Assembly: GCA_023136985.1 (NCBI GenBank)
Contig: JAGLQD010000216.1
Coordinates: 1-24,087 of the forward strand
Direction: 5' to 3'
Length of the DNA stretch: 24,087 bases
Origin: Candidatus Sabulitectum sp.
GTDB lineage: Bacteria; Fermentibacterota; Fermentibacteria; Fermentibacterales; JCC-6
Part shown: in pieces, positions 16,054-24,087 of the stretch
Position numbering within the stretch: position 1 is the stretch's first letter
How the letters are laid out: each line of letters starts with the position of its first letter
The notes under the pieces: model-generated
The model's database searches: none
What the model was told of the DNA's origin: nothing
Seen by the model: only the letters and a program-made list of their open reading frames with translations
Program-made: the position numbers and the translations under genes

Positions 16054-16737
16054 GTGGTACGAGAAATGGACATTTGCGATCAAGAGGGATACTCGGTAAG
16101 ACTCAGCAGGAGAGCCTGCAGGGTAAGCATCAGGGTTTCTCCCGGAAGAGTTTTAGTTACTGCTCCTCCAGGGACGGATCGTGAATTCATTAATGCGTTT
16201 GTTGCCAGCAGAGAAAACTGGATAAAAGAGAAGCTTGCATTCTTCAATGACTGCAGCGGACCTCTGCCACTGACTGAGGTCAGGGATGGAACAACTTTGT
16301 GGCTTTTCGGTAAAGAAGTTTCTCTGCAGCAGGTCAGGAACCAGCCTCATCCTGCTCTTCAGGGTGACAGGTTGCTTCTGGGATCGGAATGGTTTTCCGG
16401 TGGCAGACTCTCCCAATGGCTTGATGATCAGCTTCTTCAGGTGGTGACTTCATTTGCACACAGTTATTCAGAGAAAACAGGAATGAGCCCTGAACGGATC
16501 AGGCTCGGTAATGCCAGAACCAGATGGGGAAGTTGTAATGCAGGGGGAGTTGTAATGATGAACAGAAAGCTTGTTCATGCCCCTTTGGATGTGATCGAAT
16601 ACGTACTTATACACGAGCTGGTTCATCTTAGGCACAGAAACCACTCTCGACTTTTCTGGGGCACATTAGAACAATATCTTGGAGAAGTGAAGTCGCAGAG
16701 AAAATGGCTGAGGTTGCAGGGAGCCCTGCTGATCTGA
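16054..16737 (+). CDS. M48/YgjP (DUF45)-family metal-dependent hydrolase; start may be ATG 16066
   Basis: RTRWGSC, YVLIHELVHLRHRNHSRLFW (HExxH). Confidence 0.9.
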   Translation: MVREMDICDQEGYSVRLSRRACRVSIRVSPGRVLVTAPPGTDREFINAFVASRENWIKEKLAFFNDCSGPLPLTEVRDGTTLWLFGKEVSLQQVRNQPHPALQGDRLLLGSEWFSGGRLSQWLDDQLLQVVTSFAHSYSEKTGMSPERIRLGNARTRWGSCNAGGVVMMNRKLVHAPLDVIEYVLIHELVHLRHRNHSRLFWGTLEQYLGEVKSQRKWLRLQGALLI

Positions 16738-16747
16738 CAGGGAAGTC

Positions 16748-16775
16748 AGGGGAAAAGACCGAGATCCTTTCCCCT
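16748..16775. terminator. Putative bidirectional terminator between convergent genes
   Basis: AGGGGAAA (16748-16755) / TTTCCCCT (16768-16775) inverted repeat. Confidence 0.5.
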
Positions 16776-16786
16776 CTGAACAGTCG

Positions 16787-18325
16787 TTATCTTGTAATTA
16801 CCATTCTTGTTGTGGCTGATTCCCCGTTTGCATCCAGTCGAAGAAGATATATTCCAGGAGAAAGTGATTCCACATTCATATTCACAAGGGTTGATCCTGC
16901 AGGAAGTGTCTCTGAGTGACTCTGTACTTCTCTGCCGGAGACATCGAAAAGACTGAGTTTTACCGAACCTGTGAGTGGAACAGTGATAACTGTCGAAGCA
17001 ACAGAAGTAACAGGATTTGAAGATAATCTCATAGAGGTGGTTGCAGTCTCAGTTTGAAATGATTCTTCACTAATACCGGTATTGTCAGGTACTGCAAGGT
17101 ATGCAACTGTAGCGATGGCCGCCTTGGCCATATTGGTACCGAATGGAAAATACTGAAGATAGTTTGCCATCAGGTCTGTGGTCTGGTGGTAGTGAGGGTT
17201 GGACCAGACTGCTTTTTCTATGGTGAGCATTGCAGCATATCCCGCGTTCCAGAAACTGGCATGATCGCTGGCGGATACCGGGGAGGTGGCAACTATTTTT
17301 TCAAGAGCGGGTACATAGGTATCACTCAGCGCATTGAATGCAAGTCCAAGACCGGTTGATGCGGTGTTGTAGTGCAGCCATGCCTGATCCTCAGAGGCAG
17401 GGCCGTAGAAGATCATATCAAGATTAACAACACCAAGAATATCACTTCCTGCAGCAGCAGCAGAGTCGGCAAAGTGTTCGCTTCCGTAGAGACCCTGCTC
17501 TTCTCCTCCCCAGAGAATGTAAAGAACTGTGTATTCGAAGCTGTACTGGCTCATTATTCTTGCAGCTTCCATTACCGCCGCAGAGCCGCTGCCGTTGTCA
17601 TCAGCACCTGGAGCATCTGTCTGGGAATATGGAGAGATGCTGTCCAGGTGGCCGCAGATGATCCAGTATTGAGCCGGATTAACAGTGCCGGTCTGAGTTG
17701 CAACTACATTCTGACAGTCGTATCCCTGCATTGAAAAGTGCCTGATCTCTGAATCCAGACCGTAGGAGTTAAACCTGTCATTGCTCCAGTCGCAAGCGGT
17801 ATCAAAACCATCGGTATTGGAATATCTGGTAAGGTAGCTCTGGTAATTGGTGGTAATAGAAATAAGGCTGTCCTGGCTGACTGCTGCAACAATGTCTGCA
17901 ACAGTGTCATCGTACCCTCTTGTAAGAGGTATTGGAAGAGGAGATGAAGGGGCCAGCGTTTCTCTCAGTGGCTGAACCATAAAGATATCAGATCGAAGAA
18001 AATCACCTCTCAAAGGTCTGAGAAGTCTTACTATCAGGGTGTTTCCGTTCTGGTAAACAACGCTGCCCAGTTCTGTTGCCTGTAGAATCCCATTGTCATT
18101 GCGAACGGTTACAAGGGCATATTCTTCGAGACTTTCTGCACCAGTGTCAAGAAGCTCTCCCTTCTTTTCAAGGGAACCGAAAGCAACCACATGGTTACTC
18201 TGTCGAAGAACTATCACATACGAATCTGCTGGTTCTGCCCGACAGTCGGGAATAGTGAACAGTGCTTCTACTGCCAGGGAGGCTGTAGTCAGCAGAAAGA
18301 GCGCAAGAAGAATGGAGATTTTCAT
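16787..18325 (-). CDS. Secreted M28 family aminopeptidase with T9SS type A-like C-terminal domain
   Basis: GAGGTG SD; signal peptide MKISILLALFLLTTASLA; CGHLDS, PGADDNGSG, GEEQGLYGS, NLDMI, SDHASF, YHQTTD; CTD LSSNPV...LFDVSGREV...PGIYLLRL...MVITR. Confidence 0.92.
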   Translation of the reverse strand: MKISILLALFLLTTASLAVEALFTIPDCRAEPADSYVIVLRQSNHVVAFGSLEKKGELLDTGAESLEEYALVTVRNDNGILQATELGSVVYQNGNTLIVRLLRPLRGDFLRSDIFMVQPLRETLAPSSPLPIPLTRGYDDTVADIVAAVSQDSLISITTNYQSYLTRYSNTDGFDTACDWSNDRFNSYGLDSEIRHFSMQGYDCQNVVATQTGTVNPAQYWIICGHLDSISPYSQTDAPGADDNGSGSAAVMEAARIMSQYSFEYTVLYILWGGEEQGLYGSEHFADSAAAAGSDILGVVNLDMIFYGPASEDQAWLHYNTASTGLGLAFNALSDTYVPALEKIVATSPVSASDHASFWNAGYAAMLTIEKAVWSNPHYHQTTDLMANYLQYFPFGTNMAKAAIATVAYLAVPDNTGISEESFQTETATTSMRLSSNPVTSVASTVITVPLTGSVKLSLFDVSGREVQSHSETLPAGSTLVNMNVESLSPGIYLLRLDANGESATTRMVITR

Positions 18326-18425
18326 TATTCACCTCTTAGGAAAAGGATGTGTGTGCGGACAATGTAACATACTAAAAAGGTACGAAAAGAATCAAAGGTC
18401 ATGACGAACAGCATTACTCGTCTTA

Positions 18426-18434
18426 TGTTATAAG
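18426..18434 (+). promoter_or_regulatory. Putative extended -10 promoter for the candidate selenoprotein gene
   Basis: TG-t-TATAAG 28 bp upstream of ATG 18463; GGAG SD at 18453-18456. Confidence 0.4.
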
Positions 18435-18462
18435 TTAGCAATTTTACAAACTGGAGAAACAA

Positions 18463-19089
18463 ATGAAAAAAATTATCGCAGTATCTATTTTGCTCAGCAG
18501 CTTTGTTGTTGCAGGGGAAATAGAGATAGGGACTCCTGACTTTGAGTCTCTTAATCCATTCTGTCATTGAAACGGTGATGCAAGACGCCATCAGGTGATG
18601 GTAACAGCTGAAGACATGGGCGGAATTCCTTTAGAGATAACCGCATTGGGATTCATGCCTTCAGAGTATTCGGAAAAAACAGGCTCATACCAGGAGTTCA
18701 CTCTATCCCTTGGGTATACCGATCTTGATGAACTCACAATGAAATTTAATGAGAATTGGAGCTTGGCCCCTGCGCAGGTGTTTTATGATCCACAGGTGGA
18801 TCTTACAAATGTAACTGGTGGTCAGTGGATCATGTTCGAATTCAGTGAGATCTTTTCTTACGACGGATCATCCACTCTTCTGTACGAGTTGTCATGGGAC
18901 GGACCTGTTGATCCACCTGACAGCAGAATTTATTCCATGAACTGGGAGGATTCCGGTAACAGTGCTCTTGTTGGGTACTCACCTGATTCCACATCAGGTT
19001 ATCTCACAACAGTTGTTCCCAACCTTCTGTTTGTAACCACCCAGGCTCTGGAAGCACAAACCTTCGGGGCGATCAAGAATTCTTTCTAA
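18463..19089 (+). CDS. Candidate secreted selenoprotein (208 aa, Sec at codon 36 in a C-H-U motif), or a nonsense-mutated pseudogene
   Basis: GGAG SD, then MKKIIAVSILLSSFVVA|GEIEIGTPDFESLNPFCH-TGA(18568-18570)-NGDARRHQVM..., in frame with the track ORF 18595..19089. Ends ALEAQTFGAIKNSF. Confidence 0.7.
18587..18602 (+). promoter_or_regulatory. Putative bacterial SECIS hairpin
   Basis: GCCAUC-AGGU-GAUGGU; the G-containing loop lies 23-26 nt after the UGA. Confidence 0.5.
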
Positions 19090-19858
19090 ACAGGTTAGAT
19101 AGAAGAATTGATGCGCTGACCCCGGCGTTGAGGGATTCCACATCTTTCACCATTGGAATAGAGACTGCGTCAGAGATAAGTGATTCTGATGTTTGTGAAA
19201 TCCCGTGGGCTTCAGAACCAATAATGATGCATACCGGTTTTGCCAGGTCATTGAAAAGTTCTGCCATGGGCCTGCCGTCACTTCTTGCTCCCAGGAAACA
19301 ATAACCGGAGTGCTTTGCCTGTATCTCTTTCAGATCATCAACTTCACAGATAGGTATTGCGGAGTTGATGCCTGCAGCGGATCTGGTCACTTTAGGGCTC
19401 CATGGAAAGACGCTGCCCTTTAGAAAGATCACACCGGAGCAACCAAAAGCGGAAGCAGAACGAATAGCTGTACCGGCGTTTCCAGGGTCTGCTATCCTGT
19501 CAAGAACCAGAACAGTTTTCCCGGTAAACAAATCGTCTGTGGAATATTCCGGAGTTGGACAGATGGCGGTAATTCCCTGAGGTGTTTCTGTATTAGAGAT
19601 CCCGGCGAAGATATCTTCCGGTACCTGAATCACAGAGTGTCCACTGCTGTCGGCTGCTTCTGCAACCATTGCGGCTTCTTTTGATGCCTGCTGGCTAAGC
19701 ACCACAAAATCAATTGATCCGTGGCGGGAAAGGTGGTCTCGTATGAATTTAGGCCCCTCCATGAGAAATCTGTTCCTTTTCCTGCAGGAAGAAGGCTTTT
19801 CAAGTGCCATTGCAAGTTTTATACGAATGTTGGCTCTGCTGGTTATTGGATGGATCAC
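19073..19858 (-). CDS. TrmH/SpoU-family RNA 2'-O-methyltransferase
   Basis: FLMEGPK, LDRIADPGNAGTAIRSA, IIIGSEAHG, IPM...VESLNAGVSASILL. Confidence 0.93.
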   Translation of the reverse strand: MIHPITSRANIRIKLAMALEKPSSCRKRNRFLMEGPKFIRDHLSRHGSIDFVVLSQQASKEAAMVAEAADSSGHSVIQVPEDIFAGISNTETPQGITAICPTPEYSTDDLFTGKTVLVLDRIADPGNAGTAIRSASAFGCSGVIFLKGSVFPWSPKVTRSAAGINSAIPICEVDDLKEIQAKHSGYCFLGARSDGRPMAELFNDLAKPVCIIIGSEAHGISQTSESLISDAVSIPMVKDVESLNAGVSASILLSNLFRKNS

Positions 19859-20838
19859 TGAGTACCTTCAGGAATACCGTACTCAATTATTTTTCTGATG
19901 ATGGAAGTTGTGTCAGATTCAGGGCGGATACCAGTCAGGTCTACAAGTCTGGATACATCAGGTACTCTGCGCTGCATATCCTCAAAACCTGAGGGATAGG
20001 CATCCTCATACGGTACGATGATTATCTCTGATTCAGATACGGAGATCTCCCGTACTCTTCGGGCCAGCTCAAGAATCGTAATTTCTTCTGTAGAACCGAT
20101 ATTGATTACTTTTCCCACAGCTTCAGGAGTATCCATTAGAGCAAGAACGCAGTCTACTACTTCTGACACCAGACTGAAGCACCGTGTCTGCGTACCATTA
20201 CCGAATACGGTTATTGGCTTTCCGGTCAGCGCCTGGTTGATAAAACGCGGGAGAACCATTCCATATCTGCCGGATTGTCTGGGACCAACCGTATTAAAGA
20301 ATCTGCATATAACAACAGGAAGCCCGTAGGAATGGTTGTACGCAAGTGCCAGAAACTCATCCAGAGCCTTGGAACAGGCGTAACTCCATCTGTTTCTGGA
20401 GGTGGGCCCCAGAACGATGTCTCCGTCCTCTTTGAAAGGAACCTTCCAGCTTTTTCCATAAACTTCGCTGGTAGATGCTATGAAAACCTTTGTGTTGTTC
20501 TTCCTGGCGGCTCTAAGAATGTTCTCTGTTCCGCTCACATTAGTCTCAATGGTTTCAACAGGCTTGTTTATTACATTTTCCACACCGACTGCTGCTGCGA
20601 GATGGATTACTTCATCACACATATCCACAGATCTGTTAACCGTTTCAACAGACAGCACGGAACCCTGAATAAATTCGAAGCGACTTGAGGTAAGAAGCGT
20701 TTCAATGTTCCCAATACTTCCGGTTGAAAGATCATCAAGAACACAAACTGATCTGCCTTCTGATATCAGTCGTTCGCACAGGTGGGAGCCGATAAATCCG
20801 GCTCCCCCTGTTACAAGGTAATCAAATCGGCCGGCCAC
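19855..20838 (-). CDS. NAD-dependent NDP-sugar epimerase/dehydratase (extended SDR)
   Basis: LVTGGAGFIGSHL, HLAAAVG, ASTSEVYG, YACSK, RFFNTVGPRQ, QTRCF. Confidence 0.93.
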   Translation of the reverse strand: MAGRFDYLVTGGAGFIGSHLCERLISEGRSVCVLDDLSTGSIGNIETLLTSSRFEFIQGSVLSVETVNRSVDMCDEVIHLAAAVGVENVINKPVETIETNVSGTENILRAARKNNTKVFIASTSEVYGKSWKVPFKEDGDIVLGPTSRNRWSYACSKALDEFLALAYNHSYGLPVVICRFFNTVGPRQSGRYGMVLPRFINQALTGKPITVFGNGTQTRCFSLVSEVVDCVLALMDTPEAVGKVINIGSTEEITILELARRVREISVSESEIIIVPYEDAYPSGFEDMQRRVPDVSRLVDLTGIRPESDTTSIIRKIIEYGIPEGTQ

Positions 20839-22049
20839 TAGTGGGGCACCATGCTCAGAAGTACACCAGCGGCAATAGCACTGCCGATAACACCGGCTAC
20901 ATTGGGAGCCATGGCATGCATCAACAGGTGATTGCTCTTGTCATACTTGCGGCCTTCCACTTCTACAACCCTGGCTGCGTCAGGAACTGCACTTACGCCG
21001 GCTGCCCCAACCAGGGGATTCAGCTTGTTGTCGCCCTTCAGGAAGAGGTTCATGAACTTGGCGAACAGCAAGCCTCCCGCGGTTGCAATTGCAAAACTTA
21101 GAGCACCCAGTACGAAGATCTTTATGGAATCTGTGGTAAGGAAGTATCTGGCCTGGGTGCTGGTACCAACACTGAATCCAAGAAGAATAACAACGATATT
21201 GTTCAAAGAGCCCTGGGCACTGTCAGCAAGCCTTTTTGTAACTCCACTTTCTTTAAGAAGGTTGCCGAAGAAAAGCATTCCAAGAAGGGTGATTGCACCT
21301 GGGGCAATGAAGGCGGTGATGAAGAATGCGATTACGGGGAACAGTATTTTCTCTGTTGTGGAGACATGCCTGGTGGGTTTCATCTTGCGTCTGCGTTCTT
21401 CGTCAGTGGTGAGAAGACGCATTATCGGAGGTTGTATTACAGGTACCAGACCCATGTAGGAGTATGCGGCTATGGCAATGGCACCCAGCAGGTGCGGAGC
21501 CATCTGGCTTGCAACAAAGATCGCAGTGGGGCCATCTGCGCCCCCTATGATCCCAATTGCCGCAGCTTCCTGAATATTGAATCCAAGCAGGAGAGAACCA
21601 AGCAGAGTGATAAAGATGCCGATCTGTGCTGCTGCACCAAGAAGAAGAAGCTTGGGGTTGGAGAGCAGGGCACTGAAGTCGGTCATGGCACCGATTCCCA
21701 GGAAGATCAGGGGAGGAAAAAGACCGCTGGAGACGCCGAAATAGAACATCTTGAAGACCGACTGCTGTCCTCCCAGTGTGTCCAGGTATCCGATCGGGAT
21801 CAGATCCGGATTGTACGGCATGTTACCGGCGATAATTCCAAAGCCGATGGGAATAAGAAGCAGAGGCTCATAATCTTTCTTGATGGCAAGATAGATCATG
21901 ACAATTCCCATAACGATCATGATCAAGTTACCATACTCCAGCTGACCGAAACCTGAATCACCCAGATAGCTGGCAAAGCTGATATCGTTGATATTCAGTT
22001 CTCCCGAGTTTGCTGTGAGTGCAGTTAGAAGCCGGGTAGCTAATGTCAT
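20838..22049 (-). CDS. mmdB: Na+-translocating decarboxylase beta subunit (MmdB/OadB/GcdB family)
   Basis: YEPLLLIPIGFG, FPPLIFLGIGAMTDF, IGIIGGADGPTAIF, IAAYSYM, GVSAVP, HAMAPNVAGVIGSA. Confidence 0.9.
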   Translation of the reverse strand: MTLATRLLTALTANSGELNINDISFASYLGDSGFGQLEYGNLIMIVMGIVMIYLAIKKDYEPLLLIPIGFGIIAGNMPYNPDLIPIGYLDTLGGQQSVFKMFYFGVSSGLFPPLIFLGIGAMTDFSALLSNPKLLLLGAAAQIGIFITLLGSLLLGFNIQEAAAIGIIGGADGPTAIFVASQMAPHLLGAIAIAAYSYMGLVPVIQPPIMRLLTTDEERRRKMKPTRHVSTTEKILFPVIAFFITAFIAPGAITLLGMLFFGNLLKESGVTKRLADSAQGSLNNIVVILLGFSVGTSTQARYFLTTDSIKIFVLGALSFAIATAGGLLFAKFMNLFLKGDNKLNPLVGAAGVSAVPDAARVVEVEGRKYDKSNHLLMHAMAPNVAGVIGSAIAAGVLLSMVPH

Positions 22050-22061
22050 TCAGCTTCCCCC

Positions 22062-22499
22062 CTAACCTATGCTCATGATGAGGGCATTCTCCAGAATGGT
22101 GTCGCCCTCCTTTACTGGAATTGCTGAGACCTTTCCGCTTACAGGGGCCTCAATCTCATTCTCCATTTTCATTGCTTCCATTATAGCCACAGTTTGACCT
22201 TCAGAAACCTGATCGCCAACTGCAACAAGAACTTTAAGGATAGCACCCGGGAGTGGTGCCAGGATCTTACCGATACCCGAGGTTTTGCCTGGAGCGGTAG
22301 TTTTGTCAGGGGCGGCAGACGCGTCAGGCACAGCTCGTCCCCTGGATAACTTCGGAGTCTTCTGTGATTTGCTTCTGGGAAATTCAACACCCACTGTGTA
22401 GGTGCGATCATCCAGAGTAACTTCTACGCTTTCATCTTCTATTCGGCCGATGTTAACCGAGTAAGACTTGTCGTTAACGGTTATCTTGTACTCGGGCAT
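22062..22499 (-). CDS. mmdC: Biotin carboxyl carrier subunit (MmdC-like)
   Basis: APLPGAIL...EAMKMENEI biotinylation motif. Confidence 0.88.
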   Translation of the reverse strand: MPEYKITVNDKSYSVNIGRIEDESVEVTLDDRTYTVGVEFPRSKSQKTPKLSRGRAVPDASAAPDKTTAPGKTSGIGKILAPLPGAILKVLVAVGDQVSEGQTVAIMEAMKMENEIEAPVSGKVSAIPVKEGDTILENALIMSIG

Positions 22500-22924
22500 T
22501 ACCTGCTCCTGTTCCTTTGTCTGAATGCAGCCCGATCAATAAATACTTTTGATCGCCCTGCCTGTCTCCATGGTGAATAGGGTCGTTCGTACATCTCCCA
22601 TGTAAGCTTCATGTCTTCCATCTGGTTTACCTTCAAAAAGTGAGCGTGAATGGCCGTTGTGATTGCAACGATCTCCGGACCTGTAAGCTCTTCTGTTCCT
22701 GTTCCTGTTCCTGTTTCTGTTTCTGTTCCTGATTTTTCTTCTTTAACTGCTGTCTTTTTCCTGCCCTCAGCCATTCTCTTTATCAACGGCAGTGATAATG
22801 AAAGAATAACGAGACCCATAAACACCGTGCCCATTCCAATCAGGGACAGCCTGATACCAATGTTGATCAGCTGCTGATCAGGTGTTGCAGACATCACAGC
22901 TTGAAGTAGTGTTGCAACTGCCAT
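22499..22924 (-). CDS. mmdD: Decarboxylase membrane anchor subunit (OadG/MmdD family)
   Basis: Single TM GMGTVFMGLVILSL, linker, IVAITTAI, C-terminal YSPW; TAATG overlaps at both ends. Confidence 0.8.
   Translation of the reverse strand: MAVATLLQAVMSATPDQQLINIGIRLSLIGMGTVFMGLVILSLSLPLIKRMAEGRKKTAVKEEKSGTETETGTGTGTEELTGPEIVAITTAIHAHFLKVNQMEDMKLTWEMYERPYSPWRQAGRSKVFIDRAAFRQRNRSR
22691..22732. repeat. Hexamer tandem repeat T(T/C)CTGT x ~7 within mmdD
   Basis: ttctgt tcctgt tcctgt tcctgt ttctgt ttctgt tcctga, encoding SGTETETGTGTGTE. Confidence 0.85.
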
Positions 22925-24087
22925 TACAGAGGGATATTTCCGTGTTTTTTAGCTGGAACATCCTGCCGTTTCGATTGAAGCATTTCAAGGCTTTTAATGA
23001 TGCGGAATCGTGTATTGGATGGAAGAATTACATCATCGATATAGCCTCGGTTGGCGGCATTGTAAGGATTAGCGAAGTTTTTACGATACTCATCAACAAG
23101 CTCAGCCTTCTTTGCAACAGGATCGGCTGCGGCTTTCAGCTCTTTGCGGAATATGATGTTAACAGCTCCATCAGGCCCCATTACTGCGATCTCTGCTGTG
23201 GGCCAGGCGAAGTTAATGTCTGCACCAAGGTGTTTGGATGCCATTACATCATAAGCACCACCGTATGCTTTTCGGGTAATTACTGTAACTTTAGGAACCG
23301 TGGCTTCAGCGTAAGCATAGAGCAGCTTTGCGCCGTTCCTTATGATCCCGCCGTATTCCTGCTTGGTTCCCGGCATGAATCCCGGAACATCAACCAGGGT
23401 TACTATGGAGATGTTAAAGGCATCACAGAAGCGAACAAATCTTGCGGCTTTAATGGATGCATCGTTGTCTAGAACACCTGCAAGATATGCAGGCTGGTTG
23501 GCAATGATACCCACAGACTTGCCGTTCATTCTGCCGAAACCAATAATGATGTTCTGTGCGAACATTCTTTGTACTTCAAGGAACTCACCGTGATCAAGGA
23601 TACCTTCGATGACCTTTCTCATGTCGTATGGTTTGTTCGGGTTGTCTGGAATAAAGGTATCAAGCCAGTTCTCTACTCTGTCTACAGGGTCGGTTGGAGG
23701 CATGGAGATAGGATCTTCCATGTTGTTCTGTGGAAGGTAGCTTATCAGTTTTCTGATAAGTTGAAGTGCTTCCTGTTCTGTTTTGCAAACCAGATGAGCA
23801 ACACCACTTCTGCCGCCATGAATTTTAGCCCCGCCAAGTTCTTCCTTGGTGACATCCTCGCCGGTAACGGCTTTTACAACTTCCGGTCCCGTTACAAACA
23901 TATAGCTGGTATCTTCTACCATTACGGTGAAATCAGTTATTGCAGGGCTGTAAACGGCGCCTCCGGCACAGGGTCCCAGAACCGCAGAGATCTGCGGGAT
24001 AACACCGGAATACATTACATTCTTTAGGAAAATATCTCCGTAACCTGCAAGACTTTCTATGCCTTCCTGGATTCTGGCACCACCTGA
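22924..24087 (-). CDS. mmdA: Acyl-CoA carboxyltransferase/decarboxylase alpha subunit (MmdA/PccB-like), 5' end beyond window
   Basis: The frame is open to 24087 ([28 protein letters not shown]...); [36 protein letters not shown]. Confidence 0.88.
   Translation of the reverse strand, partial: SGGARIQEGIESLAGYGDIFLKNVMYSGVIPQISAVLGPCAGGAVYSPAITDFTVMVEDTSYMFVTGPEVVKAVTGEDVTKEELGGAKIHGGRSGVAHLVCKTEQEALQLIRKLISYLPQNNMEDPISMPPTDPVDRVENWLDTFIPDNPNKPYDMRKVIEGILDHGEFLEVQRMFAQNIIIGFGRMNGKSVGIIANQPAYLAGVLDNDASIKAARFVRFCDAFNISIVTLVDVPGFMPGTKQEYGGIIRNGAKLLYAYAEATVPKVTVITRKAYGGAYDVMASKHLGADINFAWPTAEIAVMGPDGAVNIIFRKELKAAADPVAKKAELVDEYRKNFANPYNAANRGYIDDVILPSNTRFRIIKSLEMLQSKRQDVPAKKHGNIPL

Noticed and set aside
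18568-18570. Genome-wide TGA reassignment (Trp/Gly)
   Set aside because: TGA terminates genes at 2416-2418, 9863-9865, 11923-11925, 11986-11988, 16735-16737 and 19855-19857 (GTGA overlap).
18595-19089. Stand-alone 164-aa gene starting at GTG 18595
   Set aside because: It has no convincing SD or signal peptide, and it leaves the upstream SD, ATG and signal peptide unexplained.
397-24027. Long antisense or alternate-frame ORFs (e.g. 397..810, 1034..1618, 1395..1793, 5797..6225, 9854..10237, 14533..15069, 21366..21956, 22882..23472, 23569..24027)
   Set aside because: They shadow well-supported genes and have no recognisable motifs.

Overview
A ~24-kb bacterial chromosomal window from an anaerobe. 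T9SS/FlgD-like C-terminal domains and a C-terminal 'TFGAIKxxF' tail suggest an FCB-superphylum lineage such as Candidatus Fermentibacteria; this is an inference. The genetic code is standard and TGA is an ordinary stop in several genes. Left to right: two tandem exported ferredoxin-like proteins (first one cut by the window edge), a BNR/YCF48-like propeller, an endonuclease III-like gene fused to a broken cupin gene that is split by a 162-bp structured insertion, tRNA-Ser(CGA), an MmgE/PrpD fragment, a secreted repeat protein, a murI-APH-membrane protein-HerA-like ATPase-M28 peptidase run, an Fe-S/AOR/GHMP-kinase operon, an M48/YgjP peptidase, a secreted M28 peptidase, and a Na+-pumping methylmalonyl-CoA decarboxylase-type operon (mmdA-D-C-B) coupled to an NDP-sugar epimerase and a TrmH methyltransferase. 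The three strongest leads are: (1) a secreted protein missed by the ORF track (18463-19089) with an in-frame TGA in a C-H-U motif followed by a SECIS-like hairpin, i.e. a candidate exported selenoprotein; (2) the 162-bp MITE-like or structured-RNA element whose removal restores a cupin sequence; (3) Sec/lipoprotein-type (non-Tat) exported polyferredoxins, one with a 2[4Fe-4S] ferredoxin inserted in an FN3-like domain. No CRISPR array, rRNA or transposase was seen.
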